Of a stretch of 64,000 nt of DNA, positions 38,248-47,049 are shown piece after piece. This DNA comes from a bacterium (lineage in GTDB: Archaea > Thermoplasmatota > E2 > JACPAO01 > JAHFTW01). The stretch spans positions 32,001-96,000 of the forward strand of contig JAZJZE010000004.1 in the NCBI GenBank assembly GCA_040390065.1, read 5' to 3'. The notes beneath the pieces are model-generated. The model was not told the origin of the DNA. It worked only from the letters and a program-made list of their open reading frames with translations, and did not search any database. The position numbers and the translations under genes are program-made. How positions within the stretch are numbered: the stretch's first letter is position 1; each line of letters begins with the position of its first letter.

Positions 38248-38313
38248 GCAAAGCGAACATTCACCAGCGAGCGCTGGACGGCTTGCCGGCCAGTGCGGTT
38301 TGGGGGATGTGAG
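38234..38313 (+). repeat. 15-bp perfect direct repeat TTTGGGGGATGTGAG
   Basis: Copies at 38234-38248 (infB 3' end) and 38299-38313. Confidence 0.8.
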
Positions 38314-38314
38314 G

Positions 38315-38761
38315 ATGGTCCTTCGCGCGTTCCTTTTCGCCCCGTCGGCCGCGAGTCACCGCCGCGACGTCGAGGAGATCCGCGGTTTCCTGCCCGCCCT
38401 CTCCACGACGCAGGTCATGGACTCGGCGTACCGCCGCTCCGGGGCGCGTCAATCCGCCATGGGATTCGCGCAGGGCGTCGTGGTCGGTGCCCTCGGCAAC
38501 CTGTTCGCCTCAGCCCTGGGCCACTTCATCGACCGTTCAGGGTCAACGCCTTGGGCTTGGCCCGACGCCGCCTGGGCGGCCATCGGGCTCGTTGCCATCC
38601 TGGTCATCGTCAGCATGACCATCGGCGCATTCCGTAGGTATCGGCAGAACACCCAAGTGGAAGCGCTCTTTCTCGCCGAGTTCCGGCGGCGCGGCGGACG
38701 CGCGGACGACGACCGCGAGGATCCCGACGAACTGCTGGGAGTCGGTGGGCCAAGTCGCTAG
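38315..38761 (+). CDS. Hypothetical two-TM membrane protein
   Basis: Two hydrophobic helices; stop overlaps the convergent gene at CTAG. Confidence 0.6.
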   Translation: MVLRAFLFAPSAASHRRDVEEIRGFLPALSTTQVMDSAYRRSGARQSAMGFAQGVVVGALGNLFASALGHFIDRSGSTPWAWPDAAWAAIGLVAILVIVSMTIGAFRRYRQNTQVEALFLAEFRRRGGRADDDREDPDELLGVGGPSR

Positions 38762-39267
38762 CCAAACAAGTCGTTCCAGATGCCCGTGAACGTGTCGAGG
38801 TCCTCGGGGATGGGCGTGAAGTTGGCGAGCATCCCCGTCACGTGCGTCGGCTCCGACAAGCAGTAGATGCGCTGCCGGCCGGCACGGCGCACCTCGACCA
38901 GCCCGGCCTTGACGAGAAGCGCGAGATGGTAGCTCGTGCTCGCCTTGGCAAGGTCGAGGCGGCGCGCAATGTCGCCTTGCGCCATCTCGGTCTCGGACAG
39001 CAGGAGAACGGTGATGCGCAGGGCGACGGCGTGGCGCATGAGGCAGAGGAATTCCATCTCGCGACGGCTCCAGCGCGGCTTGCCGACGGCGGGAAAGTAG
39101 CGGGCGAAGCCGGGCTCCTGGATGCATTGCACTTGGCCTTCGTGCTCCAACTGTTCCAGGTGGTAGGCAGCCAGGCGGCTGGGCAGCCCGAGTCGTCGTT
39201 CAATCTCGCGGACATGGATGCCGGGGTAACGGCTCACGTAGTCCAGCACGAGTTTGCGGGCAGGCAT
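38758..39267 (-). CDS. Double winged-helix transcriptional regulator (COG3398-like)
   Basis: YVSRYPGIHVREIERRL..YHLEQL; second HTH SYHLALLVKAGLV. Confidence 0.85.
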   Translation of the reverse strand: MPARKLVLDYVSRYPGIHVREIERRLGLPSRLAAYHLEQLEHEGQVQCIQEPGFARYFPAVGKPRWSRREMEFLCLMRHAVALRITVLLLSETEMAQGDIARRLDLAKASTSYHLALLVKAGLVEVRRAGRQRIYCLSEPTHVTGMLANFTPIPEDLDTFTGIWNDLFG

Positions 39268-39545
39268 CACGGCCTCCGCGACAGAAGTGGCCACGCGATG
39301 AGGGCGACGGCGGCAAGGTCGGCGAGGCTGAAGGCGGATTCCTCGAATGCGCTGCCTTCGTGGCCATCCGCCAAGTCGACGGCCTTCACGAGGCTCTTCA
39401 CGGCCAGGAGGAGAAACGCGAGGACGACGAAGTGGATGCGGCGGTTGCCCGTGCGCACGACAGCTCGCCAGGCGCCGAATGCGATGAGCGCGCAGAGGAT
39501 GGCGACGGCCCCCACCAGCAGGGCGGGAAGGGTGGCTGTGGGCAT
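39267..39545 (-). CDS. Small three-TM membrane protein
   Basis: AWRAVVRTGNRRIHFVVLAF pattern; coupled to the wHTH gene. Confidence 0.75.
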   Translation of the reverse strand: MPTATLPALLVGAVAILCALIAFGAWRAVVRTGNRRIHFVVLAFLLLAVKSLVKAVDLADGHEGSAFEESAFSLADLAAVALIAWPLLSRRP

Positions 39546-39998
39546 CTAGCCAGCCACGGTGAAGGTGCCCTTCATGCCGAGGGCATAGTGGCTGCCGGGG
39601 TTGGTCTTGCCGCCGACCTCGCAGTAGACCTCGAAGGTTCCCGGTGTCGCGACCGTGAACGACGATGCGCGGCCGCCGTCGAGGCTCGTGCGCTTCGTGA
39701 CGTGAGGCCCTGTCTCGTGCTCGATGGCGCCGTAGCCCGGGTAGTCGACGCGGACGTCGTGGAAGATGTCGTCGTCGTTGACCACGATGAAGCGCACCTT
39801 CTCGCCCTTGTTGGCGCACGTCTGGCCGGGGTCCAAGTACTGGTTCTGGTGGCCCGAGTCATGGCTGCCGATGTGGATGGTGATCTCGCGCACGCCCTGC
39901 GTCACGACGCCGCTTACGTCGCCGGGGCACGACACGGTGGAGCCGCCGCAGCCGGACAACCCCAGGCCCAGAAGGAGAAGGAGTGCCATTCGGCGCAT
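39546..39998 (-). CDS. Cupredoxin (plastocyanin/halocyanin-like) lipoprotein
   Basis: Lipobox LSGC; type-1 Cu ligands FHDV...YCEV...SHYALGMKG. Confidence 0.87.
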   Translation of the reverse strand: MRRMALLLLLGLGLSGCGGSTVSCPGDVSGVVTQGVREITIHIGSHDSGHQNQYLDPGQTCANKGEKVRFIVVNDDDIFHDVRVDYPGYGAIEHETGPHVTKRTSLDGGRASSFTVATPGTFEVYCEVGGKTNPGSHYALGMKGTFTVAG

Positions 39999-40080
39999 GC
40001 GCGGGCCATCGTGGAGGCATCAAATAACCATGGTTCGAAAACCGAGGAAAAGCCATATAGCGGCCTTCGTTGGCCCGGGC

Positions 40081-40758
40081 ATGCGCCTGTTTGGTCTTGT
40101 CGCCCTCCTGTTGCTGGCCGCCACCGTGTTTGCCGGTTGTTCCGGCGACGATGAAGGAAACTACCGCGGTTCGGCGACGGCGGAGGCCCGCGAAAAGTTC
40201 GATGGGACGCTGCTTGGCGCAATCCCCGCCGGCTGGAAGGTGGTGACCGGTTCCTGGGGCACGACGGTCCAGCTCAGCGCTCCCAGTGGGCCAAATGTCA
40301 TGAAGCAGACGGCAACGGTTGTCGACACGTTCCCCGTCCTCATCAACAACGGCGCGGGCACCTTCGGCAACTTCGAGGCGTACGTCAAGTTCGACATCCT
40401 GAACGGCACGGCGGCCCAAGCCGGCGGCCTGGCGTTCCGCTTCGTCGACAAGGACAACTACTACGCCGTCCGCTACAACAACAACGAAGGCACGTGGAAC
40501 ATCTTCCGGTGGATGGGTGGCCAGAGGGAGAAGTTCGACGGCGTTGCGGGCGCCCCCTCGGCGGGCCTGAACCAGTGGATCGAGCTCAAGGTCGAGGCAG
40601 AGGGGACCCACATCCAGGCCTGGGCCAACAACGTCAAGGTCATCGATTACACGGAAGGAAACGGCGGCGCGCCCAAGCTTGGAAAGATCGGGCTCTGGAC
40701 GAAGGACGACTCCATCGTGTCGTTCGACGACTTCGAGGCCGAGCCCAAGACCGACTAG
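40081..40758 (+). CDS. Lipoprotein with concanavalin-like beta-sandwich domain (DUF1080-like)
   Basis: Lipobox FAGC; GGLAFRFVDKDNYY, WIELKVEAEG, GKIGLW, FDDF. Confidence 0.8.
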   Translation: MRLFGLVALLLLAATVFAGCSGDDEGNYRGSATAEAREKFDGTLLGAIPAGWKVVTGSWGTTVQLSAPSGPNVMKQTATVVDTFPVLINNGAGTFGNFEAYVKFDILNGTAAQAGGLAFRFVDKDNYYAVRYNNNEGTWNIFRWMGGQREKFDGVAGAPSAGLNQWIELKVEAEGTHIQAWANNVKVIDYTEGNGGAPKLGKIGLWTKDDSIVSFDDFEAEPKTD

Positions 40759-41029
40759 AGGTCATTGCATAGCTTCCAGGGTGCCTGCGTCGTTTTCTGG
40801 CCTTCGCGATCCTGGCGGGGGCGGTTGCCGGCGGGCCGGAAGCCCGCCAAGGCCGGCGCCGCCAGGAATGTGTGGCCGGAAAACGACCCGCACGGGCGCG
40901 CCGCTTTGCGGCGGATTGCGTCGTCGCTTGGACCTCGTCGTGGCGCTGCCACGAAGTCGGCCCAACCTCCTAGCACTCCTTGCAAACCGGCGCGCGCAGG
41001 CCTCCTGCAGGTTATGCAATGACCTCTAG
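40755..41029. mobile_element. MITE-like non-autonomous element with CTAG duplication
   Basis: TIRs CTAGAGGTCATTGCATAGCTTCCAGG / CCTGCAGGTTATGCAATGACCTCTAG (23/26, first 17 perfect); nested internal stems; no transposase. Confidence 0.78.
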
Positions 41030-42351
41030 GCATCCCAAGCGAGCGGCCGGTGCAGGTGGCGACGCGCCATCACCGGAACTTCATGCCAGCCCAGGGCAAC
41101 CGAGCGCGGCTCCGGCGCCATGCCAGCGGCATCCGGCGGGGCCTTGGTCTTGCAGGTCCGGCACCGGTAGCCTTGGGCGACGCCAGCGCTCTTCATGGAT
41201 CGGCCACACGACGGGCAGGTCGGGTTGTCCAGTTTCAGCAGCTGCGGTTCCACATGGTCGATTCGCAGCTTCTCCAACCGCGCGACGCCATCCCCGAAGG
41301 CGCCCACGGCACGCACGCGGTCACCGGGGCGAAGTCCTCGCACCACGTCGCGCAGCGCTTTCGTCGGCTCGAAGGCCACGGCGGCAAACGCGCGCCCCGA
41401 AACGTCGACGAGCTGGACGTGTACGTGGCCGCCCCGCTGCACACTTGGCGTGGCGGCGACGGCCGCGTCAATGGCGACGGTTGCCCATTCAGGCGCCTCG
41501 CCAATGCCATTGATGGCGGTCACGTGGTCGCCGCTTGCCTGGTTCGTGGCCCATAGCAGCCACCCGTCGACGGGTTCGGCCGCGGCCGCCGGGACGACGC
41601 GGCCGGCTGTTGCCAAGAGCTCTTCGCTGTCACGTCCCCGCAGACCCAGGAGCACGGGATCGGGGCCATGCGGAACGCACGTGACGCGGTCTTCCGACGG
41701 GTCGGCCGTGTGGAACGTGGCCCCGAGGGCGTCGATGGCCAGCAGCGGGTCGGGCCGGATGGCGCGCTCTGTCCCCCAGCGTTGCGGCTCGCGGTACGCG
41801 ATGAATTCGTAGCTCGAGGCAGGACCCGGCCACGCCGCGGCCGCAAGGCAGCCGACCAAGGAACGTCCAGTCGTCGTCCGGTAGATGCCGCCAAGGGCCT
41901 GGATGCCCGCCCGCGCATCGTCCGGGTCCACGCGCGTGCGAACGCCTTGCCAGTACATGGTCGCGGGCGGGGCGTCCGCGAAGGCCACGATGGATGGCTG
42001 CGCGTCCGCCTGGGCGGCGCTGCGCACGGCTTTCCATGCGCGGTCGACGATATCGTCGGAGGGCGCGGCGGGGCGGCAATCGGGGAACGCCCGGATCTCC
42101 TGGCCACGCAGTTCGCCGACTCGCGTCGCAGGACCGACCGGGTGGCCGAGGGGCATCACGACGGCGGCATTGCCCCGCGTCTTCCACGGCACGTTGGGAT
42201 TGAGCCGCACGAGGCGGGGCATGCCCGACAGGGCGAGTTCAGGCAGGGCCAGAAGCACGTGGAAGGCGAGGTGCGTGGTGCAACCGCCGGTGCGGCTGTC
42301 CGTGTCGTCGAAGGCGAGAAGCGTGGGCGTGGGCAGCGCCGGCCCCGCCAT
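41026..42351 (-). CDS. tiaS: tRNA(Ile2) agmatinylcytidine synthetase
   Basis: DDTDSRTGGCTT, RLVRLNPNVPWKTRGN, TNQASGDH, Zn ribbon CPSC..CRTC, RRHL. Confidence 0.93.
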   Translation of the reverse strand: MAGPALPTPTLLAFDDTDSRTGGCTTHLAFHVLLALPELALSGMPRLVRLNPNVPWKTRGNAAVVMPLGHPVGPATRVGELRGQEIRAFPDCRPAAPSDDIVDRAWKAVRSAAQADAQPSIVAFADAPPATMYWQGVRTRVDPDDARAGIQALGGIYRTTTGRSLVGCLAAAAWPGPASSYEFIAYREPQRWGTERAIRPDPLLAIDALGATFHTADPSEDRVTCVPHGPDPVLLGLRGRDSEELLATAGRVVPAAAAEPVDGWLLWATNQASGDHVTAINGIGEAPEWATVAIDAAVAATPSVQRGGHVHVQLVDVSGRAFAAVAFEPTKALRDVVRGLRPGDRVRAVGAFGDGVARLEKLRIDHVEPQLLKLDNPTCPSCGRSMKSAGVAQGYRCRTCKTKAPPDAAGMAPEPRSVALGWHEVPVMARRHLHRPLAWDA

Positions 42352-42399
42352 CACGCTTTGCCCGCAAACGCCTTCAAGCGCAGCCGCCGTGGCAGCGCG

Positions 42400-43332
42400 A
42401 TGGTAGCCGTCCTGGAGACGCGTGGGCTTCGCAAGCACTACGGTGACGTGCGGGCGCTCGATGGAATCGATCTCAGGGTGGAGCCAGGGGAGATTTTCGG
42501 CTTCCTCGGCCCGAACGGCGCAGGCAAGACGACGTTCACCAAGTGCGTGACCGGCTTCGTCCGGCCGACGGCGGGTACGGTGACGGTGGCCGGCATCGAT
42601 GCGCTCCAGCACCCGACGCAGGTTGCCCACCACGTCGGCCTCGTCCCCGACCAATATGACTTCTACTCCAATCTCACGGGGCGCCAGCACCTCGACTTCT
42701 ACGGCCGGTTGCTTGGCATGCACGCCGAGGTCCGCAAGGCCCGCATCGACGAGGTCCTCGGTCTCGTGCGCATGGTGGAGCGCGCCGACACGCGCGTCAA
42801 GACGTACAGCCACGGCATGAAGCAACGCATCTGCATCGCGCAGGCCATCTTGCACAAGCCGCGCCTCATCCTGTTCGACGAGCCCACGAACGGCCTCGAC
42901 CCGAAGGGAGCGTACGAGCTTCGCGAACTCATCAAGTCGCTGGCGAAGGATGGGACAACGGTGTTCCTCAACAGCCACCAGTTGTCGGAAGTCGAGCAGG
43001 TCTGCAACCGCGTCGCCATCCTGCGCCGCGGCCAACTGGTGACCGTCTCGACCGTCAACGAACTGCGGCGGCAGGCCGGCAAGACCGGCGGCGCCGTCCA
43101 AGTGCGCTTGCTCAATCCGGCCAACAAGTTCGTCACGCTGGTCGGCCGTTTCGCCACCGGCACTCCATCCCTCAACGGCGACGTGCTGCAATTCGTCGCG
43201 GATGACGAAGCGACGGCGGCCGCCGTGGCCGCGTTGGCCGCGGCTGGAGCCAAGATCGCCGCCGTGACGCCCACCAGTTCGGCGCTCGAGGCGGCTTTCC
43301 TGGAGATCACCGACCGGGAGGGAAGCCTGTGA
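42400..43332 (+). CDS. ABC-2 type exporter ATP-binding protein
   Basis: GPNGAGKTT, YSHGMKQR, LFDEPTNGLDP, NSH. Confidence 0.92.
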   Translation: MVAVLETRGLRKHYGDVRALDGIDLRVEPGEIFGFLGPNGAGKTTFTKCVTGFVRPTAGTVTVAGIDALQHPTQVAHHVGLVPDQYDFYSNLTGRQHLDFYGRLLGMHAEVRKARIDEVLGLVRMVERADTRVKTYSHGMKQRICIAQAILHKPRLILFDEPTNGLDPKGAYELRELIKSLAKDGTTVFLNSHQLSEVEQVCNRVAILRRGQLVTVSTVNELRRQAGKTGGAVQVRLLNPANKFVTLVGRFATGTPSLNGDVLQFVADDEATAAAVAALAAAGAKIAAVTPTSSALEAAFLEITDREGSL

Positions 43333-44183
43333 GCAACGTCTACGAGATCGCCCGCAAGGAATTCCTGCAGCACATCCGGACGAAGCGGCTGTTCATCGTG
43401 GGCGGATTCCTGGTCCTCCTGCTGTTCTTCTTCACGTTCGTCGTCGGGCCGCGCATCGCCCGGGGCGCGCCGGGGGGAACGTCGGCTGCGAACTGGGTCA
43501 TCGCGCTGTACTTCTCGGGCATCCTCATCGGGGGCCTGCAGTTCACGCAACTGCTCGCCATCGTCCTCACGAGCGATGCCGTCTGCTCGGAGTGGTCGCA
43601 GCGGACGATCTTCCTGCTGCTCTCCAAGCCGGTGAGCCGGCTGCAGTTCGTCGCCGGCAAGTTCCTGGGCAACCTGTTTACGGTCGGCGCTTCCCTGGTG
43701 GTGGTCTTCACCCTGGCGTATCTCCTCATGATGGCGGAGTTCTCCAGCGCGCCGTCCGGTCCGGAGGTGCTCGGCTTCATCGCCATGCTCGGCATCATCG
43801 TGATCGGCTGCGCCACCTTTGCGGCCCTCGGATTGTTTGCCTCGACGCTGACCAAGTCGACGAGCGTCAGCGCCATGGTGACGTTGGGCTTGTGGCTGAT
43901 CGGCTTCCCGCTGCTTGGGTCCATTGGCGTCTTCAACGCCATCTCCGGCGGCCACCTCGACTTCCACAGCGCCGGCGTGCAGTTCTGGCTGTACCTCAAC
44001 CCGGCAGCCGACATGTCGGCGGGCGTCAAGCTGCTCCTGCCGAACGTTGGCGAGACGCCCTTGGGCAATCCATTGGCGCCGCCGCCCGACGAGCCATGGA
44101 TCGCCGTCCTGGCCCTGTTGGCGTATGCGGCGCTGTTCTACTTCGCCTCCGTCGCCGTCGTTCGCCGTCGCAACTTCGAGTGA
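43329..44183 (+). CDS. ABC-2 type permease
   Basis: IARKEF, E..RTIFLLLSKPVSR..FVAGKF; about 6 TM. Confidence 0.88.
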   Translation: MSNVYEIARKEFLQHIRTKRLFIVGGFLVLLLFFFTFVVGPRIARGAPGGTSAANWVIALYFSGILIGGLQFTQLLAIVLTSDAVCSEWSQRTIFLLLSKPVSRLQFVAGKFLGNLFTVGASLVVVFTLAYLLMMAEFSSAPSGPEVLGFIAMLGIIVIGCATFAALGLFASTLTKSTSVSAMVTLGLWLIGFPLLGSIGVFNAISGGHLDFHSAGVQFWLYLNPAADMSAGVKLLLPNVGETPLGNPLAPPPDEPWIAVLALLAYAALFYFASVAVVRRRNFE

Positions 44184-44185
44184 CG

Positions 44186-45160
44186 CTAGGCGGCTGCAAG
44201 GGCTGCTGCGACGACCTCGCGCAAGGCTTCGAGGTCGTTGGCTTCCTGGGCCTTGACACGCATTCGTTTGGCTCCCGGCGCGCCCGCAACGAACCGCGTC
44301 GCCTGGCGGCGCAATTCGCCGATGTTCGTCATGCCGATGCGTTCGGCGCGTTCGAGATACGCCATGATTGTCCCGAGCCGTTCGTGCAAAGTGGGCTCGG
44401 CGACCGATGTGGCGTGCGAGTCCAGGGCCGCACGCATGCGGCGGAAGACCGTCGGGTCGTGCATGGCGGCGCGGGCGATGAAGAAGCCGGCGCAGCCGGT
44501 CTCGTCCCGCATGCGCACGACGTCGGCGGGCGTTCGCAGGTCGCCGTTGCCGATGACCGGAATGTCTACGGCCGCCACCAGGCGCTGGATGTGGGTCCAG
44601 TCCGCGTGGCCCGAGTAGCCTTGCTCGACGGTGCGCGCATGCAGTGTGACCCAGTCCGCGCCGGCGTCTTGGGCCTCCCGTCCGACCTCCACGTACGTAT
44701 GCCGTGACGCCGAGGGTCCAAGGCGCATCTTCGCGGAGACGTGAGCAATCCCGGCCTCGTCGGCAGCCTTTCGGGCGGCACGGATGACGGCGCCCGCCTT
44801 CGTGGGGTCGCGAAGCAGGAAGCCTCCGGCGCAGACCTTGAGGATATTCGGGGCGGGGCAGCCGAGGTTGACGTCGACGAAGTCAGGCGTCACGCGCGTC
44901 GCGAGCTTCGCAACCGCCGCCGACATCTCGTCGGCTTCGCCGCACATGAACTGGACGCCGTAGGGGGACTCGCCGGGCCACGGGGTCACGTGCCGCCATG
45001 CAGAGCGGTTGTCGTGCAGAAGGCCGATCGCGGCGACCATCTCACTGCATGTCACGTCGGCGCCCCACTCGGCCGCAAGGCTTCGGAAGGCGGCGTCGGT
45101 GACGTCGACCATCGGCGACAGGACCAGGGGCAAATGCAGGTCACGGCCCGCGATGCGCAC
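44186..45160 (-). CDS. dus: tRNA-dihydrouridine synthase (Dus family)
   Basis: LSPMVDVTDAAFR, DVNLGCP, KMRLG, LHART, IGNGD. Confidence 0.92.
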   Translation of the reverse strand: MRIAGRDLHLPLVLSPMVDVTDAAFRSLAAEWGADVTCSEMVAAIGLLHDNRSAWRHVTPWPGESPYGVQFMCGEADEMSAAVAKLATRVTPDFVDVNLGCPAPNILKVCAGGFLLRDPTKAGAVIRAARKAADEAGIAHVSAKMRLGPSASRHTYVEVGREAQDAGADWVTLHARTVEQGYSGHADWTHIQRLVAAVDIPVIGNGDLRTPADVVRMRDETGCAGFFIARAAMHDPTVFRRMRAALDSHATSVAEPTLHERLGTIMAYLERAERIGMTNIGELRRQATRFVAGAPGAKRMRVKAQEANDLEALREVVAAALAAA

Positions 45161-45202
45161 GGGGCCAGCCAGGACGGCCGCCCTTCTTGGCCTTACGCGC
45201 GG

Positions 45203-45562
45203 CTACGCGTCGTGCTTCGTCGCCCAGTCGTCCAGGCGGTCGATGAGGGGGACCAGTTCCTTGCCCTTCGCGGTGAGGCTGTACTCGACGCGGGGAGGTG
45301 TCTGGTTGTAGGCCTTGCGCAAGATGACGCCGGCTGCGTCCAGTTCGCCGAGGCGCTGGGTGAGGCTGACGGGGTTCACGGCAAGCGCGCGGCGGATGTC
45401 GTTGAAGCGCGCCGTGCCTTCGCGCTGCAGGTACCAGATGATGGTGAGGGCGTGCCGCTTGGACAGGAGGTCGATGGCCGATTGGAAGGGGCAGCAGCTG
45501 TGCACCTCGGACGCCGTCGGCGGGACGAGGCGCTGGGTGGCTGGCCGCGGTTTCCTGGGCAA
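45203..45562 (-). CDS. HxlR/YodB/QsrR-family regulator with N-terminal Cys
   Basis: CCPFQSAIDLL, RFNDI, PPRVEYSLTAKG. Confidence 0.9.
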   Translation of the reverse strand: MPRKPRPATQRLVPPTASEVHSCCPFQSAIDLLSKRHALTIIWYLQREGTARFNDIRRALAVNPVSLTQRLGELDAAGVILRKAYNQTPPRVEYSLTAKGKELVPLIDRLDDWATKHDA

Positions 45563-45587
45563 GGCAAACTGGTATAGTCAGTTAATC

Positions 45588-45604
45588 GGTATAAACTTTA
45601 CACC
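45588..45604. promoter_or_regulatory. Candidate HxlR-family operator palindrome GGTATAAACTTTACACC
   Basis: Imperfect inverted repeat (GTATA-N5-TACAC) in the AT-rich divergent promoter; second GGTATA half-site at 45571. Confidence 0.5.
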
Positions 45605-45641
45605 CTTAATAGTCCAGAATCTTAACCATGCTTGAGTCCAC

Positions 45642-45890
45642 ATGACCCGCTTCGTCCCCCACACCGACCGCTCGCCCCTTCGCGTCCTGAAATCCGAGAC
45701 GCCGGGGGACGCCCTGTACCTCTGTCGGTGCGGCCTGTCCGGAAGCGGCGTCTTCTGCGATGGCAGCCACAAGGCGACCCTGGACGAGCAGCCGGGAACC
45801 GTGTACCATTACCAACGGGTGGACGGCAATCTCGTCCGCATCGCCGTCCCCGTCGCGCCGGTCGCGGCGCCGATCGAGGTGAAGCCTTGA
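45642..45890 (+). CDS. CDGSH iron-sulfur domain protein
   Basis: LCRCGLSGSGVFCDGSH. Confidence 0.92.
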   Translation: MTRFVPHTDRSPLRVLKSETPGDALYLCRCGLSGSGVFCDGSHKATLDEQPGTVYHYQRVDGNLVRIAVPVAPVAAPIEVKP

Positions 45891-46165
45891 GCGACTGCCA
45901 CGACCTTGTGCGCGCCTACCACGTGCCGCCCTCCGTGCAGGAGGTCTTCTGCACGCTGTACCAGCATGACCCGATGACGGGGCAGCAACTGCGGCAGACC
46001 ACGGGCCTTCCGCGACGCACCGTGTACGAGGCACTTCGCCGCCTCAAGCAGATCGGCCTCTTGCGCGAACGCGCAAGCCTCAAGGACACACGGCAGACCT
46101 ACTTCTGGATCGCGGGCGAATCCCTCTCGCGCAACTCGGAAGAGCCCGTCTCCGCGGCCAACTAA
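45887..46165 (+). CDS. Small winged-helix regulator (TrmB/MarR-like)
   Basis: GAGGTGA RBS, TTG start overlapping the CDGSH stop; LPRRTVYEALRRL...DTRQTYF. Confidence 0.82.
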   Translation: MSDCHDLVRAYHVPPSVQEVFCTLYQHDPMTGQQLRQTTGLPRRTVYEALRRLKQIGLLRERASLKDTRQTYFWIAGESLSRNSEEPVSAAN

Positions 46166-47034
46166 GGCGCGTCCCAATGCACCGAGCGGCGCCAGTCGAT
46201 GCCGACCGTTCGGGCGCCGATCTTGGGAATCAGTGGTAGCCGCCGTTTGTGCTCCGTCCGGCGCACCATGCGCTCGACCTTCTCGACCGTCCCGGTCGAC
46301 AGCCCGGTCTTGCGGGCGATGACCGGGAGGTCCAAGTTGAGCTCCATGCCACGAAGCACCGCGTCTAGGTCCTCGTAGGACAGGCCCATGTCCCCTTCGT
46401 CCGTCTGGCCAGGATACAATCCGGCGCTCGGCGGCTTGGCGACGATGGCATCGGGGACACCGAGGTGGCGCGCAAGGACGCGGACCTGCGTCTTGTAGAG
46501 GTCGCCGATGGGCTGCAAGTCGACGCCGCCGTCGCCGTGCTTCGTGAAGTAGCCAGTCAGAATCTCCGACTTGTTGCCAGTGCCGCACACGAGGTCACCA
46601 CGCGCCTGCGCCTCCGCGTACAGCAGGAGCATCCGGGCCCGGGCCTTGGCGTTGCCACGGATGCGCGCCTCCGGCTCCTTCCCCAATGATGCCACGAGGC
46701 CGTCCACGATGGGCCCGATGTCGTGCAGGACCGGTTCGATGCCGAAGGTCCTGCAGGCGAGACGGGCATGCTCGGCGTCTTGGGCATGCGAGTCGGGCGC
46801 CGGCAGCATGATGGCGTGCACGTTGGCCTTTCCGACCGCGCGCACGGCCAAGGCCACGACGACCGCCGAATCGAGGCCTCCGGAGACGCCGACGACGAGG
46901 CCTTTGGCGCCTGCGGCGGCCACGTGGCGGCGCAGGAAGGCCGTGATGCTGGCCTCCCAGCCTTTGGCGTCGTCCGGGGCGGCATGGCCCAACAGGGCGG
47001 GCGGGACGGCCACGAAGCGGCCAAGTAGGGCCAT
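46162..47034 (-). CDS. nadE: NH3-dependent NAD+ synthetase
   Basis: VSGGLDS, GNAKARAR, TGNKSE..GYFTKHGDG, PPSAGL..GQTDE. Confidence 0.95.
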   Translation of the reverse strand: MALLGRFVAVPPALLGHAAPDDAKGWEASITAFLRRHVAAAGAKGLVVGVSGGLDSAVVVALAVRAVGKANVHAIMLPAPDSHAQDAEHARLACRTFGIEPVLHDIGPIVDGLVASLGKEPEARIRGNAKARARMLLLYAEAQARGDLVCGTGNKSEILTGYFTKHGDGGVDLQPIGDLYKTQVRVLARHLGVPDAIVAKPPSAGLYPGQTDEGDMGLSYEDLDAVLRGMELNLDLPVIARKTGLSTGTVEKVERMVRRTEHKRRLPLIPKIGARTVGIDWRRSVHWDAP

Positions 47035-47049
47035 CACTTGAAGCCGTGC

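Noticed and set aside
40755-41033. Short ORFs inside the MITE-like element; also SRP RNA
   Set aside because: The ORFs are artefacts of GC-rich inverted repeats, and the SRP helix 8 motif and Alu domain are absent.
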